Origin: Histomonas meleagridis 2922-C6/04-290x
Taxonomy: Eukaryota; Protista; Parabasalia
Assembly (NCBI GenBank): GCA_020184695.1
Contig: JAANOX010000079.1
Span: 62,001 to 126,000 of the forward strand
Reading direction: 5' to 3'
DNA: 64,000 bases
Position numbers and translations under genes: made by a program. The notes under the pieces are model-generated. The model was not told the origin of the DNA and made no database searches. It saw nothing but the letters and a program-made list of their open reading frames with translations. Position 1 is the first letter of the stretch. Each line of letters begins with the position of its first letter. Positions 42,530 to 54,233 of this stretch are shown here, piece after piece.

Positions 42530-45500
42530 TTATATCTCTATGTTATTTATCGCATTATCTTCTTTAAAATCTTTTGCAAATGGATCCTCTTCAATATTGG
42601 GTTGCGCGATGCCGGCCGTGAAAATGGCTTCTGAATTAAGTTGATTTGAACTTTGAGAATTTTCTTCTTTACTACTGAGTTTATTACGTCTTCGAAAATG
42701 TATTAATAACACAATAAGTAATGAAACAATGATAATAACTGCAATCAAAACACCAATAATAATATAGATATATGTATTATCATTTTTCGTTTCTTCACTT
42801 TGTTGCAAAATTGTAAAGAAATCGGAGTAAAACATATAATTTGTTTCATATATCAAATTCGTATATTCATAATAAATAATGTGACTTTCGATGTATGTAT
42901 ATATGGAATTATAAAGTGTATATAAATATGTGCTCTGTAAATATGTCCTTAACAATGTTAACGTATGTGTATACGAATATATTCGTGTTAGAATAATAGA
43001 ATATGAAATAGTGGCATCGAAAATAAATGTGTTTGATAGCGTGAATATATCACTTTGAGAATATGTATTTGATTCAGTATATGTATTACTTTGAGAATAT
43101 GTATTTGATTCAGTATATGTATTACTTTGAGAATATGTATTTGATTCAGTATATGTATTACTTTGAGAATATGTATTTGATTCAGTATATGTATTACTTT
43201 GAGAATATGTATTTGATTCAGTATATGTGTTACTTTGAGAATATGTATTTGATTCAGTATATGTGTTACTTTGAGAATATGCATTAGATTGTGAATATGT
43301 ATTCGATTGCGAAAATGTGTTACTTTGTGTGAAAGTTTGTGGTGGCCACGGAGGGCATTGATCATTTACAGAATAACTTATAGCAAGTGCGCCAAATGAA
43401 TCATTTACATATGATAATGTTACCATAACTGTATCTGTTTGGACATGATCAAATGCATACTCTTCAATATCTGGTGCACTTCTTCCATAATAATATATAC
43501 ACATAAGTTGAGTGCAATATCCAAAAGCCGAATCACAAATTGTTTGAACATTTCCACCAATATAAAGCGTTATTAAATTCGAACAATAAAATGCATAATC
43601 ACCAATAGATGTAACTGAATGAGGAATTGTCACATTTGTTAATTTTTTGCAAAAGTAAAATGTATGGTCTCCAATTTCTGGAATATTTCCATAGATTTCA
43701 ATTGTTTCTAAATGATCACATTGTCGAAACGCAGATATTCCAAGTGATGTAACCGAATTACGAATTGTGAAATTTTTTAAATGAGAACAGAAATAAAATG
43801 CATATTCGCCAATTGATTTTAATTTATTTCCAATAATAATAATCTCTAAATTAGTGCAATCTTCAAAAGCATTATTCATTATTGATTCAATGTTGTTACC
43901 AATATTAATAGTTATTAAACTTGAACATAAATAAAATGAAAGATAACCAACTGATGTAATTGTATTTGGAAGTATTATAGAATTCATTTTTTTGCAACTA
44001 TAAAAAGTGTAATTTTCGATTTGTGGTATATTTCCATAAATTTCAACTGTTTCTAAATTAATGCACAATTGAAATACAGTACGTCCAAGTGAAGTAACCG
44101 ATTTTGGAATTGTGAAATTTTTTAAATTAGAACAATTATTAAATGCAAATTTTCCGATTGTTTCTAATTTTTCTCCAATAATAACGATCTCTAAATTGAC
44201 ACAATGAGCAAATGCATTATCCAAAATTGTTAGAATATTATCACCGAGATTAATAGTATTTAAACTTGAACATAAATAAAATGAAAGATAACCAACTGAT
44301 GTAATTGTATTTGGAAGTATTATAGAATTCATTTTTTTGCAACTATAAAAAGTGTAATTTTCGATTTGTGGTATATTTCCATAAATTTCAACTGTTTCTA
44401 AATTAATGCACAATTGAAATACAGTACGTCCAAGTGAAGTAACCGATTTTGGAATTGTGAAATTTTTTAAATTAGAACAATTATTAAATGCAAATTTTCC
44501 GATTGTTTCTAATTTTTCTCCAATAATAACGATCTCTAAATTGACACAATGAGCAAATGCATTATCCAAAATTGTTAGAATATTATCACCGAGATTAATA
44601 GTATTTAAACTTGAGCAAGAATTAAATGAATAATGACCAACTGATGTAATTGTATTTGGAAGTATTATAGAATTCATTTTTTTGCAACTATAAAAAGTAT
44701 AATTTCCAATTTCTGGAATATTTCCATAAATTTCAACTGTTTCTAAATTAATACAATGTTGAAATGCATAAGTCCCGAGTATTTCAATAGAATTTGGAAT
44801 TATGATGCTTTTCAAATTAGAACAATTGTCGAATGCAGAATTTCCTATTGTTGTAATTGTGTCACAAAGATGAATTGTTAATAGCATTACCCAATTAGAG
44901 AATCCATTGTTTGGTATTGACGTAATTCCATTTGATATAATTACATTTTCTGCAATAGAATTATAGTTTTGTAAACCCAGAATTTGATCTCCATTTTCTA
45001 TTGTAAGTGTTTTGATATCTTCTTCCCATTTTTCTGAAAAAGCTTGTATGAATAATATAGAAAAAACATAAGGAAATAAATACTTTATTTTAATTTTGCT
45101 GTTTTTTTTATTATAAAAGAAAAATAAATAAAAGATCTCATAAATAAAATAAAGAAGAAAAATAAAGATTATTGAAGTAATAAAATAATGAAGGTTGGAA
45201 TGTAACATATAATTTATCATTAGATTTTGTTTTGATACTTTGGCGCAATTATGTAGGAACATCATGGAAGAGCTTCCTATATATGGAAAATCAAATTTAA
45301 ACGATTTTATTTTATGGAAACGATTCCAAATGAAAATATTTAATAATGAATTTTTAATCATTCTCTTCATCATGTTATTAACACCGTAACACTGCATATA
45401 AATTAAGGTGGTTTCGTCATATTTTTTAGTTAAATTTACAGTGGATGTATTAAATATTTTTTCTGATTCGATAATTTCATTTCGTAAAAATTTCCCTCTG

Positions 45501-45565
45501 TAAACACATCTAATTTTGGTACTCACTAGCCATAACGCTAAGTAAACTAGAAGAATAAATATCAT
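42530..45565 (-). CDS. BspA-like LRR surface protein with Ser/Thr stalk, TM and EEDPFAKDF tail
   Basis: About 25 TpLRR repeats, CIYYYG cap, QSNTYTESNTYS repeats and a TM segment. The true start is uncertain; the first ATG is at 45565. Confidence 0.9.
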   Translation of the reverse strand: MIFILLVYLALWLVSTKIRCVYRGKFLRNEIIESEKIFNTSTVNLTKKYDETTLIYMQCYGVNNMMKRMIKNSLLNIFIWNRFHKIKSFKFDFPYIGSSSMMFLHNCAKVSKQNLMINYMLHSNLHYFITSIIFIFLLYFIYEIFYLFFFYNKKNSKIKIKYLFPYVFSILFIQAFSEKWEEDIKTLTIENGDQILGLQNYNSIAENVIISNGITSIPNNGFSNWVMLLTIHLCDTITTIGNSAFDNCSNLKSIIIPNSIEILGTYAFQHCINLETVEIYGNIPEIGNYTFYSCKKMNSIILPNTITSVGHYSFNSCSSLNTINLGDNILTILDNAFAHCVNLEIVIIGEKLETIGKFAFNNCSNLKNFTIPKSVTSLGRTVFQLCINLETVEIYGNIPQIENYTFYSCKKMNSIILPNTITSVGYLSFYLCSSLNTINLGDNILTILDNAFAHCVNLEIVIIGEKLETIGKFAFNNCSNLKNFTIPKSVTSLGRTVFQLCINLETVEIYGNIPQIENYTFYSCKKMNSIILPNTITSVGYLSFYLCSSLITINIGNNIESIMNNAFEDCTNLEIIIIGNKLKSIGEYAFYFCSHLKNFTIRNSVTSLGISAFRQCDHLETIEIYGNIPEIGDHTFYFCKKLTNVTIPHSVTSIGDYAFYCSNLITLYIGGNVQTICDSAFGYCTQLMCIYYYGRSAPDIEEYAFDHVQTDTVMVTLSYVNDSFGALAISYSVNDQCPPWPPQTFTQSNTFSQSNTYSQSNAYSQSNTYTESNTYSQSNTYTESNTYSQSNTYTESNTYSQSNTYTESNTYSQSNTYTESNTYSQSNTYTESNTYSQSDIFTLSNTFIFDATISYSIILTRIYSYTHTLTLLRTYLQSTYLYTLYNSIYTYIESHIIYYEYTNLIYETNYMFYSDFFTILQQSEETKNDNTYIYIIIGVLIAVIIIVSLLIVLLIHFRRRNKLSSKEENSQSSNQLNSEAIFTAGIAQPNIEEDPFAKDFKEDNAINNIEI
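43054..43330 (-). repeat. 36-nt (2x18) coding tandem repeat, QSNTYTESNTYS
   Basis: Near-identical ACTTTGAGAATATGTATTTGATTCAGTATATGT(A/G)TT units, about six copies. Confidence 0.95.
43915..44613 (-). repeat. Near-exact 345-bp tandem duplication (5 LRRs, 115 aa)
   Basis: Identical anchors 345 nt apart, for example AATTAATGCAC at 44056 and 44401, and TAAACTTGA at 43916 and 44261. Confidence 0.92.
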
Positions 45566-45831
45566 TAAAGTTCGAAAGTTAGGAGCCAAAAACGAAGCAA
45601 TTCAAAAAAATTAACTCAACAATGATCAGCTGATGTAAAACATTGAATCACATTGAAATCATTGTGCGGGATTTCAGATGGGGTGGAGAGTTTTGTAACT
45701 AAGGGAGTCCCTCAAATCTTAATGAAAACTTCGTTAAACGCAACCAACAAATGTGAGTTATATCAGTGATCACAACTATTCATATGATTTACAATTTACT
45801 AATGGTATAAATTTTATACCGTCTTATATAG

Positions 45832-46908
45832 CTATTTTATGCAAACCAGATACAGGTTACCTTTTCTTGCTGATTCAATTATCATATTATCATTAATATC
45901 AATTCCTTCTTCAAACAAAAATGATAAAATTTCATAATTCTCTTCACAAATACAAAAACATGCTAAGTCATTGATTGATGACTTTCTGTCTCTTAATATT
46001 GATTGAATCAATGTATTTGGTTGCAATTCTTCGAATTTATTATCATAAAGATATTTAAAGATATCATTTCGATGAAATTTAATTGCTATTTTATAAGCAT
46101 CTTTAAATGATGAATGGTTTTGTTCGCATAAATGAATTATTTCTTCATTTCCACCTGCAACTGCATATTTACCTGTGTTTTCTACATTAGAACCATTCAT
46201 AAGCAAATATTTAAAACATTTAACTGCTGAAAAAAATGCTGCATAATCAATTAATGTAACATCCCAATGATTAACAAATGAACATCTTTCATAAAGTGAT
46301 TCTTTAATTTTTTGATTAAAATCAAAATTTGTTTGTGATGATATTTCTTGAAGTTTTTCTATTTCATCATTTCGAATTATTTTTGCAATTTCATTTGGAT
46401 TATGTCCTTCTTTAATATATTGCTTATGAAGAGCTAAATCATTATTTGAAAGTCCTTTATATTTCTTGTAAAATTTAATTTTAATTTTTTCGTTCATATT
46501 TGTATCAATTAAATTTTGTTCATTCAATTGAGATATTATATGAAATGCTTCTTGTGAGTTGATTTTAGAAATACGCTTTATAAATATTGATATTAGTTTA
46601 TTAATATTTTGTGTAAGTTCATCTTCTTTTGTTTGAAATGTTTTCAAAAAATTTAAGTAGATATCAAATGCATTCCTTTGTGATGAAAATGCATTATAAA
46701 CTAAATTACACAAAATAACATTAAATGTATCTGGAAAATTTGTATCGAATAATTTCGCTGCATTTTGGACTGACCCCAGAAGATTGTCTTCCGTTAAATT
46801 GAATATGATTTTGTCGAGATCAATAAGGAATTTCAAAATAGTTGGCTGATTATTTGAATTTTTGTTGTTTTTATCGTGTGCGCTAATGTCAGCACCACTA
46901 TGGAGCAT
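45832..46908 (-). pseudogene. Truncated member of the ankyrin family, lacking the C-terminal ankyrin array
   Basis: Paralogous through ESARKGNLYLV, then diverges and stops. No ankyrin blocks follow downstream. Confidence 0.7.
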
Positions 46909-47483
46909 ATGAATTCACTCATTGAAAATTCAAAGAATTGCAAAATTCAATGGTTTATATAAAAACTGCTTAAGGGTGTTGTAGGACCAGATACGCAGTG
47001 AAAATATTTTGTCATAGAATGAAAATATCTCGAAAATATGTAAATATATTCTCACACAATACAATAAAAAAATCGTAAATATATTATTAATTCATATGGC
47101 AAAAGAGAATTAAGATTTATTTTTTATTATCTGATCGAATCGTAAATGCGAGCAATCCTTTTGCATTAAATTACCAAACCGCATTGTTTGAAGTTAAAGT
47201 TTAGCCATGAACGTTAGAACTATGAAAATTTAACGCAGTTTGTTTGTTACCTTAACTTTATAATTATCGGCGCTAATAGAACCACACATCACAATTCCCT
47301 TTGAGATGGAAATTTTCTTAAAATATATCAAAATTTATTACATATGCCAGTTCAGATTGTGTTCATTCATATATCTTTATTCTTGCTTTTTTTTAAAGAA
47401 AAACGTTTTGTATAAAAATTTCAATTGCCTTTGTTTACAAACGGTTTTGTTCTGAAAATTTGGGGGTTTGAAACGCACAAATC

Positions 47484-47978
47484 ATGCAAAAAAAGCAAGT
47501 TGAATTAGACGTACCCGAATATGATGAAACCGATAATAGGTATCGTGAAATCTTTGCTTCTTTGGATAAAGATGGCTCAGGTTTCTTAGATAAAAACGAA
47601 TTTCATGAATTCATGAAAATGATAGGAAAAGAAGCTCGAAGTGAAGAAATATTTGAAGTCATAGATAACGACCGAAATGGGAAAATTGTTGTTGAAGAAT
47701 TTCTTCGTTACACTCGTGCTTGTGTCAGATTATTCAAAAATAATGATATTCAAACATACACAAAAATTTTCTTTGATGCAGCTGATACTGATAAGGATGG
47801 ACATCTTAACATGAAAGAATTCGTCAAATTTATCAAGTATTGTGGTGGAAAAATCAATTTTCTAAATAAAAGAAGCCAATTCAATGAATGGGACACTGAT
47901 GGAAACAAGAAAATTAGCTTTGATGAAGTAATGGACAAGATCGAATTTCACATCAAGAAGGGAACTTTAACCCTTTAA
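47484..47978 (+). CDS. Four-EF-hand calcium-binding protein
   Basis: Loops DKDGSGFLDKNE, DNDRNGKIVVEE, DTDKDGHLNMKE and DTDGNKKISFDE. Confidence 0.92.
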   Translation: MQKKQVELDVPEYDETDNRYREIFASLDKDGSGFLDKNEFHEFMKMIGKEARSEEIFEVIDNDRNGKIVVEEFLRYTRACVRLFKNNDIQTYTKIFFDAADTDKDGHLNMKEFVKFIKYCGGKINFLNKRSQFNEWDTDGNKKISFDEVMDKIEFHIKKGTLTL

Positions 47979-48260
47979 TAACAAATTTCATTTTCCTAAT
48001 TTAGCTTGAAACCAAAAAGTAAATATCACAATGATATTAAGAAGCTTTTTTTGCTCTGTTTTTGAATTTTAATTACATGAAAAGCAATTTTAAAATTTCA
48101 ACATTTTTTTAAAGTATTAAAATTGAACGAAATGTATTTAAGGAAAATGGACCACTCTGCTAAGAAATGATTATAATCCTAAAAGATTAAAAAAAATCTT
48201 TTGTTTCTTTGCATGGTTAAAAAACGGCGCCAAATTCTGTTAAAAGTGACAGGCAATCCA

Positions 48261-48683
48261 ATGAAACAATTCCAAGATCTCTCACAGAAAGAAAAGACAA
48301 TTTTTCAAGATATTGTAAATGCAAAACTTAACGAAATCTTAATTAATTTTCAAGCTACAACAGTTGAAGAATTCATGAAAAGTTCATGGGAAGAATTTAA
48401 TAATAAAAAGCATAACATAACAAAACACAGGGGTGAGAGAAAAGCTAAAGTAAAAGCAAAAGAGGAGGAGGATTTTGATCCATTCGCAAAAGAAAATGGT
48501 TTTTTGACACCAGAAGAACAGAAATTTGAAAAATATCTGAAGCAACAACTCTCTGAAAGAGAAGAAGAATTAACATCAATGCAACCAAGAGACAGGGTAA
48601 GGCTTTTGTCGCATGAGTGGTGTGCTTTAACTGATAAAGAAAAGAATTCCGTCGTAGCCAAGTATGGAAAATTTGCAAAATAA
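48261..48683 (+). CDS. Small protein, possibly with an HMG-box-like C-terminus
   Basis: ORF from ATG 48261; RVRLLSHEWCALTDKEK resembles the HMG-box W..L...EK pattern. Confidence 0.45.
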   Translation: MKQFQDLSQKEKTIFQDIVNAKLNEILINFQATTVEEFMKSSWEEFNNKKHNITKHRGERKAKVKAKEEEDFDPFAKENGFLTPEEQKFEKYLKQQLSEREEELTSMQPRDRVRLLSHEWCALTDKEKNSVVAKYGKFAK

Positions 48684-49046
48684 TTTTTTGCTTCAAACAA
48701 TACTGATATTATGCAAAAAAAAAGTTACAATATTTTGGTTCAAACAACATTGCATGCAATCATTTTCATAAACTAATTTGTACCAATCTCCTTTTTAGCT
48801 TTCTCTTTTAATTATTAATAATGGTTTAAGCTTCTTATGATAAATTATAAAGATGAAATTTAAAACATAAAAATTTAAAACAAATATTTTGCTAAGCCCA
48901 GGACAAATACGATATTTCCTTTAAAATTAGAATGCTCATTGTGAAAAAATTCATGTGAATTTTTATAACGCTGAAACAAGTCAGTGCGAAGTTTTGGCGC
49001 CACTTTTCAGTGTTGGTCATTCTTATCAAAAAGTCGTTTCATTTCG

Positions 49047-49646
49047 ATGTCGAGTTCCGAGAACGAAGCTAACCCACCAGAAGAAGCTCCACAGGACTCT
49101 TCTAAGGGGGAAAGCGCACAAGAGCCTTGGGTTTTGTATATCGGAAACATTAGCTATGAAACGACAGAAGATGAATTGAGAGATAAATTCTCCCAATTTG
49201 GAACAATAAGCAGAGTTAAAATACCAAGGCCTAGGGGCTCCCATGCTGGGTATGCTTTTATTGACGTTCCTGATAAAGATGATGCGTCAAGAATGATTGA
49301 ATCAATGAACGAAACAGAATTTGGTGGGCGTCGCATTTATGTAGAATTCTCTGACGGAAAGGGTAGGAGAAGGGATGACAGCCGACGCAGGAGTAGGCAT
49401 GATAGACATGAAAGAAGACGTAGCAGAAGTTATGATGATTATTACTCACCACCACCAAGAAGAAGGTACCGTGATGACCGCCGATCAAGAAGGAGTCGTA
49501 ATGCATATGATGATTACTACTCTCCACCACCACGAAGAAGCCGTGATAGATATGATGATTATTCTCCACCGCCTAGGAGATCTTCACGCGACAGGTACGA
49601 TTCCCCTCCACGAAGGAGAAGCGGAAGATATGATGATCATAGGTGA
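49047..49646 (+). CDS. SR-like RRM protein
   Basis: RNP2 LYIGNI, RNP1 AGYAFIDV and an Arg/Ser/Asp/Tyr-rich tail with YSPPPRR repeats. Confidence 0.88.
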   Translation: MSSSENEANPPEEAPQDSSKGESAQEPWVLYIGNISYETTEDELRDKFSQFGTISRVKIPRPRGSHAGYAFIDVPDKDDASRMIESMNETEFGGRRIYVEFSDGKGRRRDDSRRRSRHDRHERRRSRSYDDYYSPPPRRRYRDDRRSRRSRNAYDDYYSPPPRRSRDRYDDYSPPPRRSSRDRYDSPPRRRSGRYDDHR

Positions 49647-50709
49647 ACCAAGTCCAGACACTAAATCCAATATCTGATTAAGTCAAAAGGATGACCATTT
49701 TTGAACATTGAGAGCTTGAACAATTGAAACGTTGCCTGACTATCAAATAGAATTAAATATTATAGAGATTATTGAAAATTTTGGAAAATGTATTTCCGTA
49801 AGGTTTCTTCATTAAAGTACCATGAATTCATTGTTCATGGATTTTAGTCAACTGTTTCTTTTTTGCTTAATGTTAGAATCTTCAAAAAGATAACTTTTTT
49901 CTACTAAACGAATATATGTTATAACGTTCGTAACTACGAAACAGTTAAGGGCACCCCAAATTGTGATTGGGATTTGAATTGGTACACAATTTGAATGACC
50001 GACTTTGTGTTTTTTTTCTATATTTTGCATATCTATGTGCAAGACTCAATCAAAAGGCTAACATAGAAATGAATGGATGAGAAATACTCCAATTTACTAT
50101 GCGAACATTTGTTTACTATAATGAAAATAATTTTATTGAGGCAGCCATTCCAATACTTGATTTATTTGATAAAAATTACAATACTCACTAAATATAATTA
50201 ATAGCCGAATAATATATTCATCATTTGTTAAAGATGCTCATATAATTGATTTTGATGTTTTATTACTTTCCTCAAAGAAATAAAAAACAGAGAAGAACGT
50301 AAGCAAAACTTTTCAATCGATAATACATGATATATTTATGATAATAATTTTCTTTCTCTTTATCTTAGATATCATTGATATCATTAATTAAGACATTAAA
50401 AATACACAAATAAATAATTTATTCAACGAATATTTTCCACAACAAAATCATCATTACATTTTTGCTTCTTTCTTTACTTTTACTTTATTCAAACAAAATT
50501 TTTTCGTTCAATTTAACATCAAAACAAGTTGGAGTAATATCATTTATTTTATCTTGTTTTTCATGCAATTTTATAAAATCAAGTATTCCTATAATTTTTT
50601 TTTTAATAAATAAAATAACAAAATAGTTACAAATACGATAATATTGAAATTCGATAAGGTTATTTTACCAAATGCATTTCTTGCGACTCTAACTATTTCA
50701 AACCTTTAA

Positions 50710-51321
50710 ATGAATTCCATACTACCTAATGAAGATGTTGATTATGTGATAAAGATAATTTTAGTTGGTGAATCTGGTGTTGGTAAAACAAATTTACTTT
50801 CTCAGTTTGCCCGAGGATTATTTGTTTCAAATTCAAAAACTACAATTGGTGTTGAATTTGCATCTAAAACGATTGAATATAGAGGCAAAAAAGTGAAAGT
50901 TCAAATCTGGGATACTGCTGGGCAGGAGCGATATCGCGCAATCACAAATTCATACTATAGAGGAACAAAAGGTGCAATGATTTTATATGATATAACATCA
51001 GCAGCAACATTTAATGCTCTTCCGAAATGGCTTGCTGAAGTAAGAGAAAGTGTTGGAAATGATGTTCCAATTATGCTAATTGGAAATAAATTAGATCTCG
51101 AAGATAAAAGATCAATACTCCAAAAAGAAGCAGCTCATTATGCAGAAATTGAAAAAATGTTATATTTTGAAACTTCAGCAATGGATTCAACAAATGTTGA
51201 AACAGCTTTTAACCAAATGATAAATGAAATATGCCAATTAAACTTTGTCTTTGCAGGAGATAATTTGGTGCAAAAAGGAATATCAATTAAAACAGAAGAA
51301 GAAAATGGGAAATGCTGCTAA
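50710..51321 (+). CDS. Rab11-like small GTPase
   Basis: GESGVGKT, IGVEF, WDTAGQERYRAIT, GNKLD, ETSA and a C-terminal CC. Confidence 0.93.
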   Translation: MNSILPNEDVDYVIKIILVGESGVGKTNLLSQFARGLFVSNSKTTIGVEFASKTIEYRGKKVKVQIWDTAGQERYRAITNSYYRGTKGAMILYDITSAATFNALPKWLAEVRESVGNDVPIMLIGNKLDLEDKRSILQKEAAHYAEIEKMLYFETSAMDSTNVETAFNQMINEICQLNFVFAGDNLVQKGISIKTEEENGKCC

Positions 51322-51641
51322 GAAACTTTGTAAAAACATTTTCCCCTATTTTATTTATTGTTTTTAATATCTTAATGTACATGAATATTTTTAAAAATAT
51401 GTGATTATATACAATTAGAATTAACTGTTTGTGAATAAATTTATATTATGAAGAAAAACAAATCGAAGCAAATGAAAATTATGAAGGAATTCTTTTGTGT
51501 TGGTGAAATTCACTCGTTTTATGTACATAGGACGAAATTTGAACTAATGTAATATTAAACACATGAGATTTTTTTTTGCTTGCCCAAATAAAACAGATGA
51601 TGAAAAAATATGTAATTTTAGAAATTAAAAATAAAAAAATT

Positions 51642-51714
51642 CACCTTCGACGGGATTCGAACCCGCAACCCCAGGATTAAAAGTCCTATGCTCTAACCGT
51701 TGAGCTACGAAGGT
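51642..51714 (-). tRNA. tRNA-Lys(UUU)
   Basis: 73 nt. Acceptor stem ACCTTCG/CGAAGGT plus G73, D arm GCTC/GAGC, anticodon loop CTTTTAA, T loop TTCGAAT. Confidence 0.95.
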
Positions 51715-51846
51715 TAGTCATTCTTGCTTTTATGGAAAAATAAATAATGTATACTATTATATAAGATATCTTATTGAAATTTTTATCTTTTTCATTTTTA
51801 TTTTATTTATATTTTATTTTTTTTTTTTTTTTTTAAATTATTTGTT

Positions 51847-53953
51847 TTATATATCGCTTTTATTAATTGTCTTTATTGTTAATTTATTGTTAAAAGTGTA
51901 GAATGAAAAATAAAGAAACCATGTGTAACTGTTATCATGATGATATTGATATTCTTCAAGTAAATTTACAATATCTGTATGTCCATTATTTCGTGCATAA
52001 TCTATTGATGTTAAAAAATTTTGTTATAAATCCCAATTATTTAGAAAAAACATCAAAATAAAAAATTAAACATCATGAAAAAAAAATAAAATTGATTTCG
52101 CATTAACATTAATTCCTTTTTGTTCTAAAAGTAATTTAACAACTTCAATATGACCATAAAAACTTGCACACATTAATGATGTTAGAAATGATAATTTAAA
52201 ATTCCAATTAATAAATAGAATCATCAATAATTAAATATAAATTCTAAATCATTTTAAAATATATCTGATGAATTAACTTTAATATCTTTTTGTTCTAGAA
52301 GTAATTTAATGATTTCAAGATGATTATATCGACAAGCAATCATTAATGGTGATAAAAGAATATAAATTAAATTTTAAATTTAATATTTAAACATATTATT
52401 ATAAAATTAAATATAAAATATATTAAATAAATATCTTTTTTATTATAATTGATCCCTATTTCAAGAAAATATTTAACAACTTCTATATTTCCATATCTAC
52501 ATGCATACATAAATGCTGTTTTAAATAATTCATTGAATTCCCTTTTATTATATTTAAACATAAAAAATTTTAAATTAATTCGATTCGATGTTAAAAAATA
52601 CTTCGAATATTAAAATCAACTTCTTATTTTTATGTTTAAGTAATAATTTAACAATATCATAAGAACCATTTTGACATGCTTTCATTAATGCTGTCAAAAA
52701 TATTTAAAATAAATACCAATTATTCAATAAAAATATTAATGAAAATATTTAAACATGAAAAAATTAATTTAAATATTCGTGGCATTAATATCAATATCTT
52801 TTTTATCTAAAATATATTTCACAATGTCAATATTATCTGGAACTATCGCATAAACTAAAATATTATTTGGCATTTCATGATTCATTAAAAAATGTTCCAT
52901 AAGATACATATTTCCAAAACGCACTGCCGTACCTATTATACTTTCATTTATTTTCATTTCTTCATCTTCTAAAAATGAAAGAATTTCAAAGTTATTGCAT
53001 TCAATACATTTAATCCCTAAATCAGTTAAACTTTTGATTTCGATTGGTCGCTTTTCATAAAGATAATGAAATACTTCATTTCGATGGAACTCAATTGCAG
53101 CTTCATATGATCCCTCAAAAGTGGAATGATTTTGTTCACATAAATGTATAATTTCAGGATTTCCACTTGCTGCTGCAAATTTCCCAGTGTTTTCTAAGTT
53201 GGAATTATTCATAAGTAAATATTTAAAACATTTTAATGCTCCAAAAAAAGCACTACAATCAATAAGTGTAACATTAGTCTTATTAGTGAATGAACACTTC
53301 TCATAAAGTGATGGTTCAATTGTTTGATTAAAATTAAAGTTTTCTTCCGATGATATTTCTTGAAGTTTTTCCAAATCATCATTTCGAATGGCTTTTACAA
53401 GTGAATATGGATTAACTCCTTCTTGAAGAAGTTTTTTATGAAGTTTCCAATCATCTTTTTCTAATTCATAGATATTTTCGAAAAATTTTTTTCCAAAAAA
53501 GGTTTGTTGCAAGCGATTGACTTCATCCTTTGACTTGTGATGTGAAAAATACAAAGAATTTTTATTTTTGCTTAAACTTGGATCAACCATCTTTTCTTCA
53601 ATCATTTTTTCTAAAAGATAATTTGATTCCTGTGATTCAATTCGTGTAAGAAGTTTATATAAAATTTTGATAATTTCTTGTTGATTTTTAGTGATTTCTT
53701 CTTCTTTTTTTTCAATTTCTTTCAAATATCTAAAATAAATATTTTCATCTTTATCTTGTAATGTGAAAGAAGAATAAATTAATCGACAAATTATTAAATT
53801 GAAAAAATAAGGATAATTAGAATCAAAAAGATCAATCGTTGATTGAACTGAAATATTGAAATCTTCTTCAGTGAGATCAAAAATAATTTTTTCGAGTGAT
53901 TGTAGTTCCTTTAAATTAAAATCTTTGTTTTTTATGTCTGGTTCTTCTCCCAT
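51847..53953 (-). CDS. Ankyrin-repeat family gene with 20 short intervening elements and one further frame lesion in the first ankyrin block
   Basis: ORF to 52775, then ankyrin blocks at 52694, 52519, 52352, 52182 and 52011 (terminal cap TSIDYARNNGHTDIVNLL), stop at 51849-51847. The first block is 95 nt rather than 90. Confidence 0.8.
52012..52774 (-). other. Array of 17-nt elements and 3-nt micro-exons (locus 4)
   Basis: Spacers of 80, 80, 80, 80 and 81 nt rebuild HNGL, RYGK, YYKL, RDGL and DDGL. Confidence 0.85.
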
Positions 53954-54233
53954 TGGTGCTTGTCAAAAAATGCGGCAACCGTAATAACATATTCAAAAAC
54001 TGGATGATATCACATCACATTTGTAAAGTTCTTGGGGGCAATTCCACGAAATGTAATTAGATTATTTAGTGAAAATAGAGTTTTTCATTTTGGGTAAAAA
54101 TCGAACAAAATGGACAGGTGTTGCCAACGTTTTGATTAAATAATCACTTAACATGAAAATTAATGTGAATATGTGGCAACCTGCCCAAGATGAAGAACTC
54201 GGCTAAAAATATTTAGTAAAAATTATAACATTA

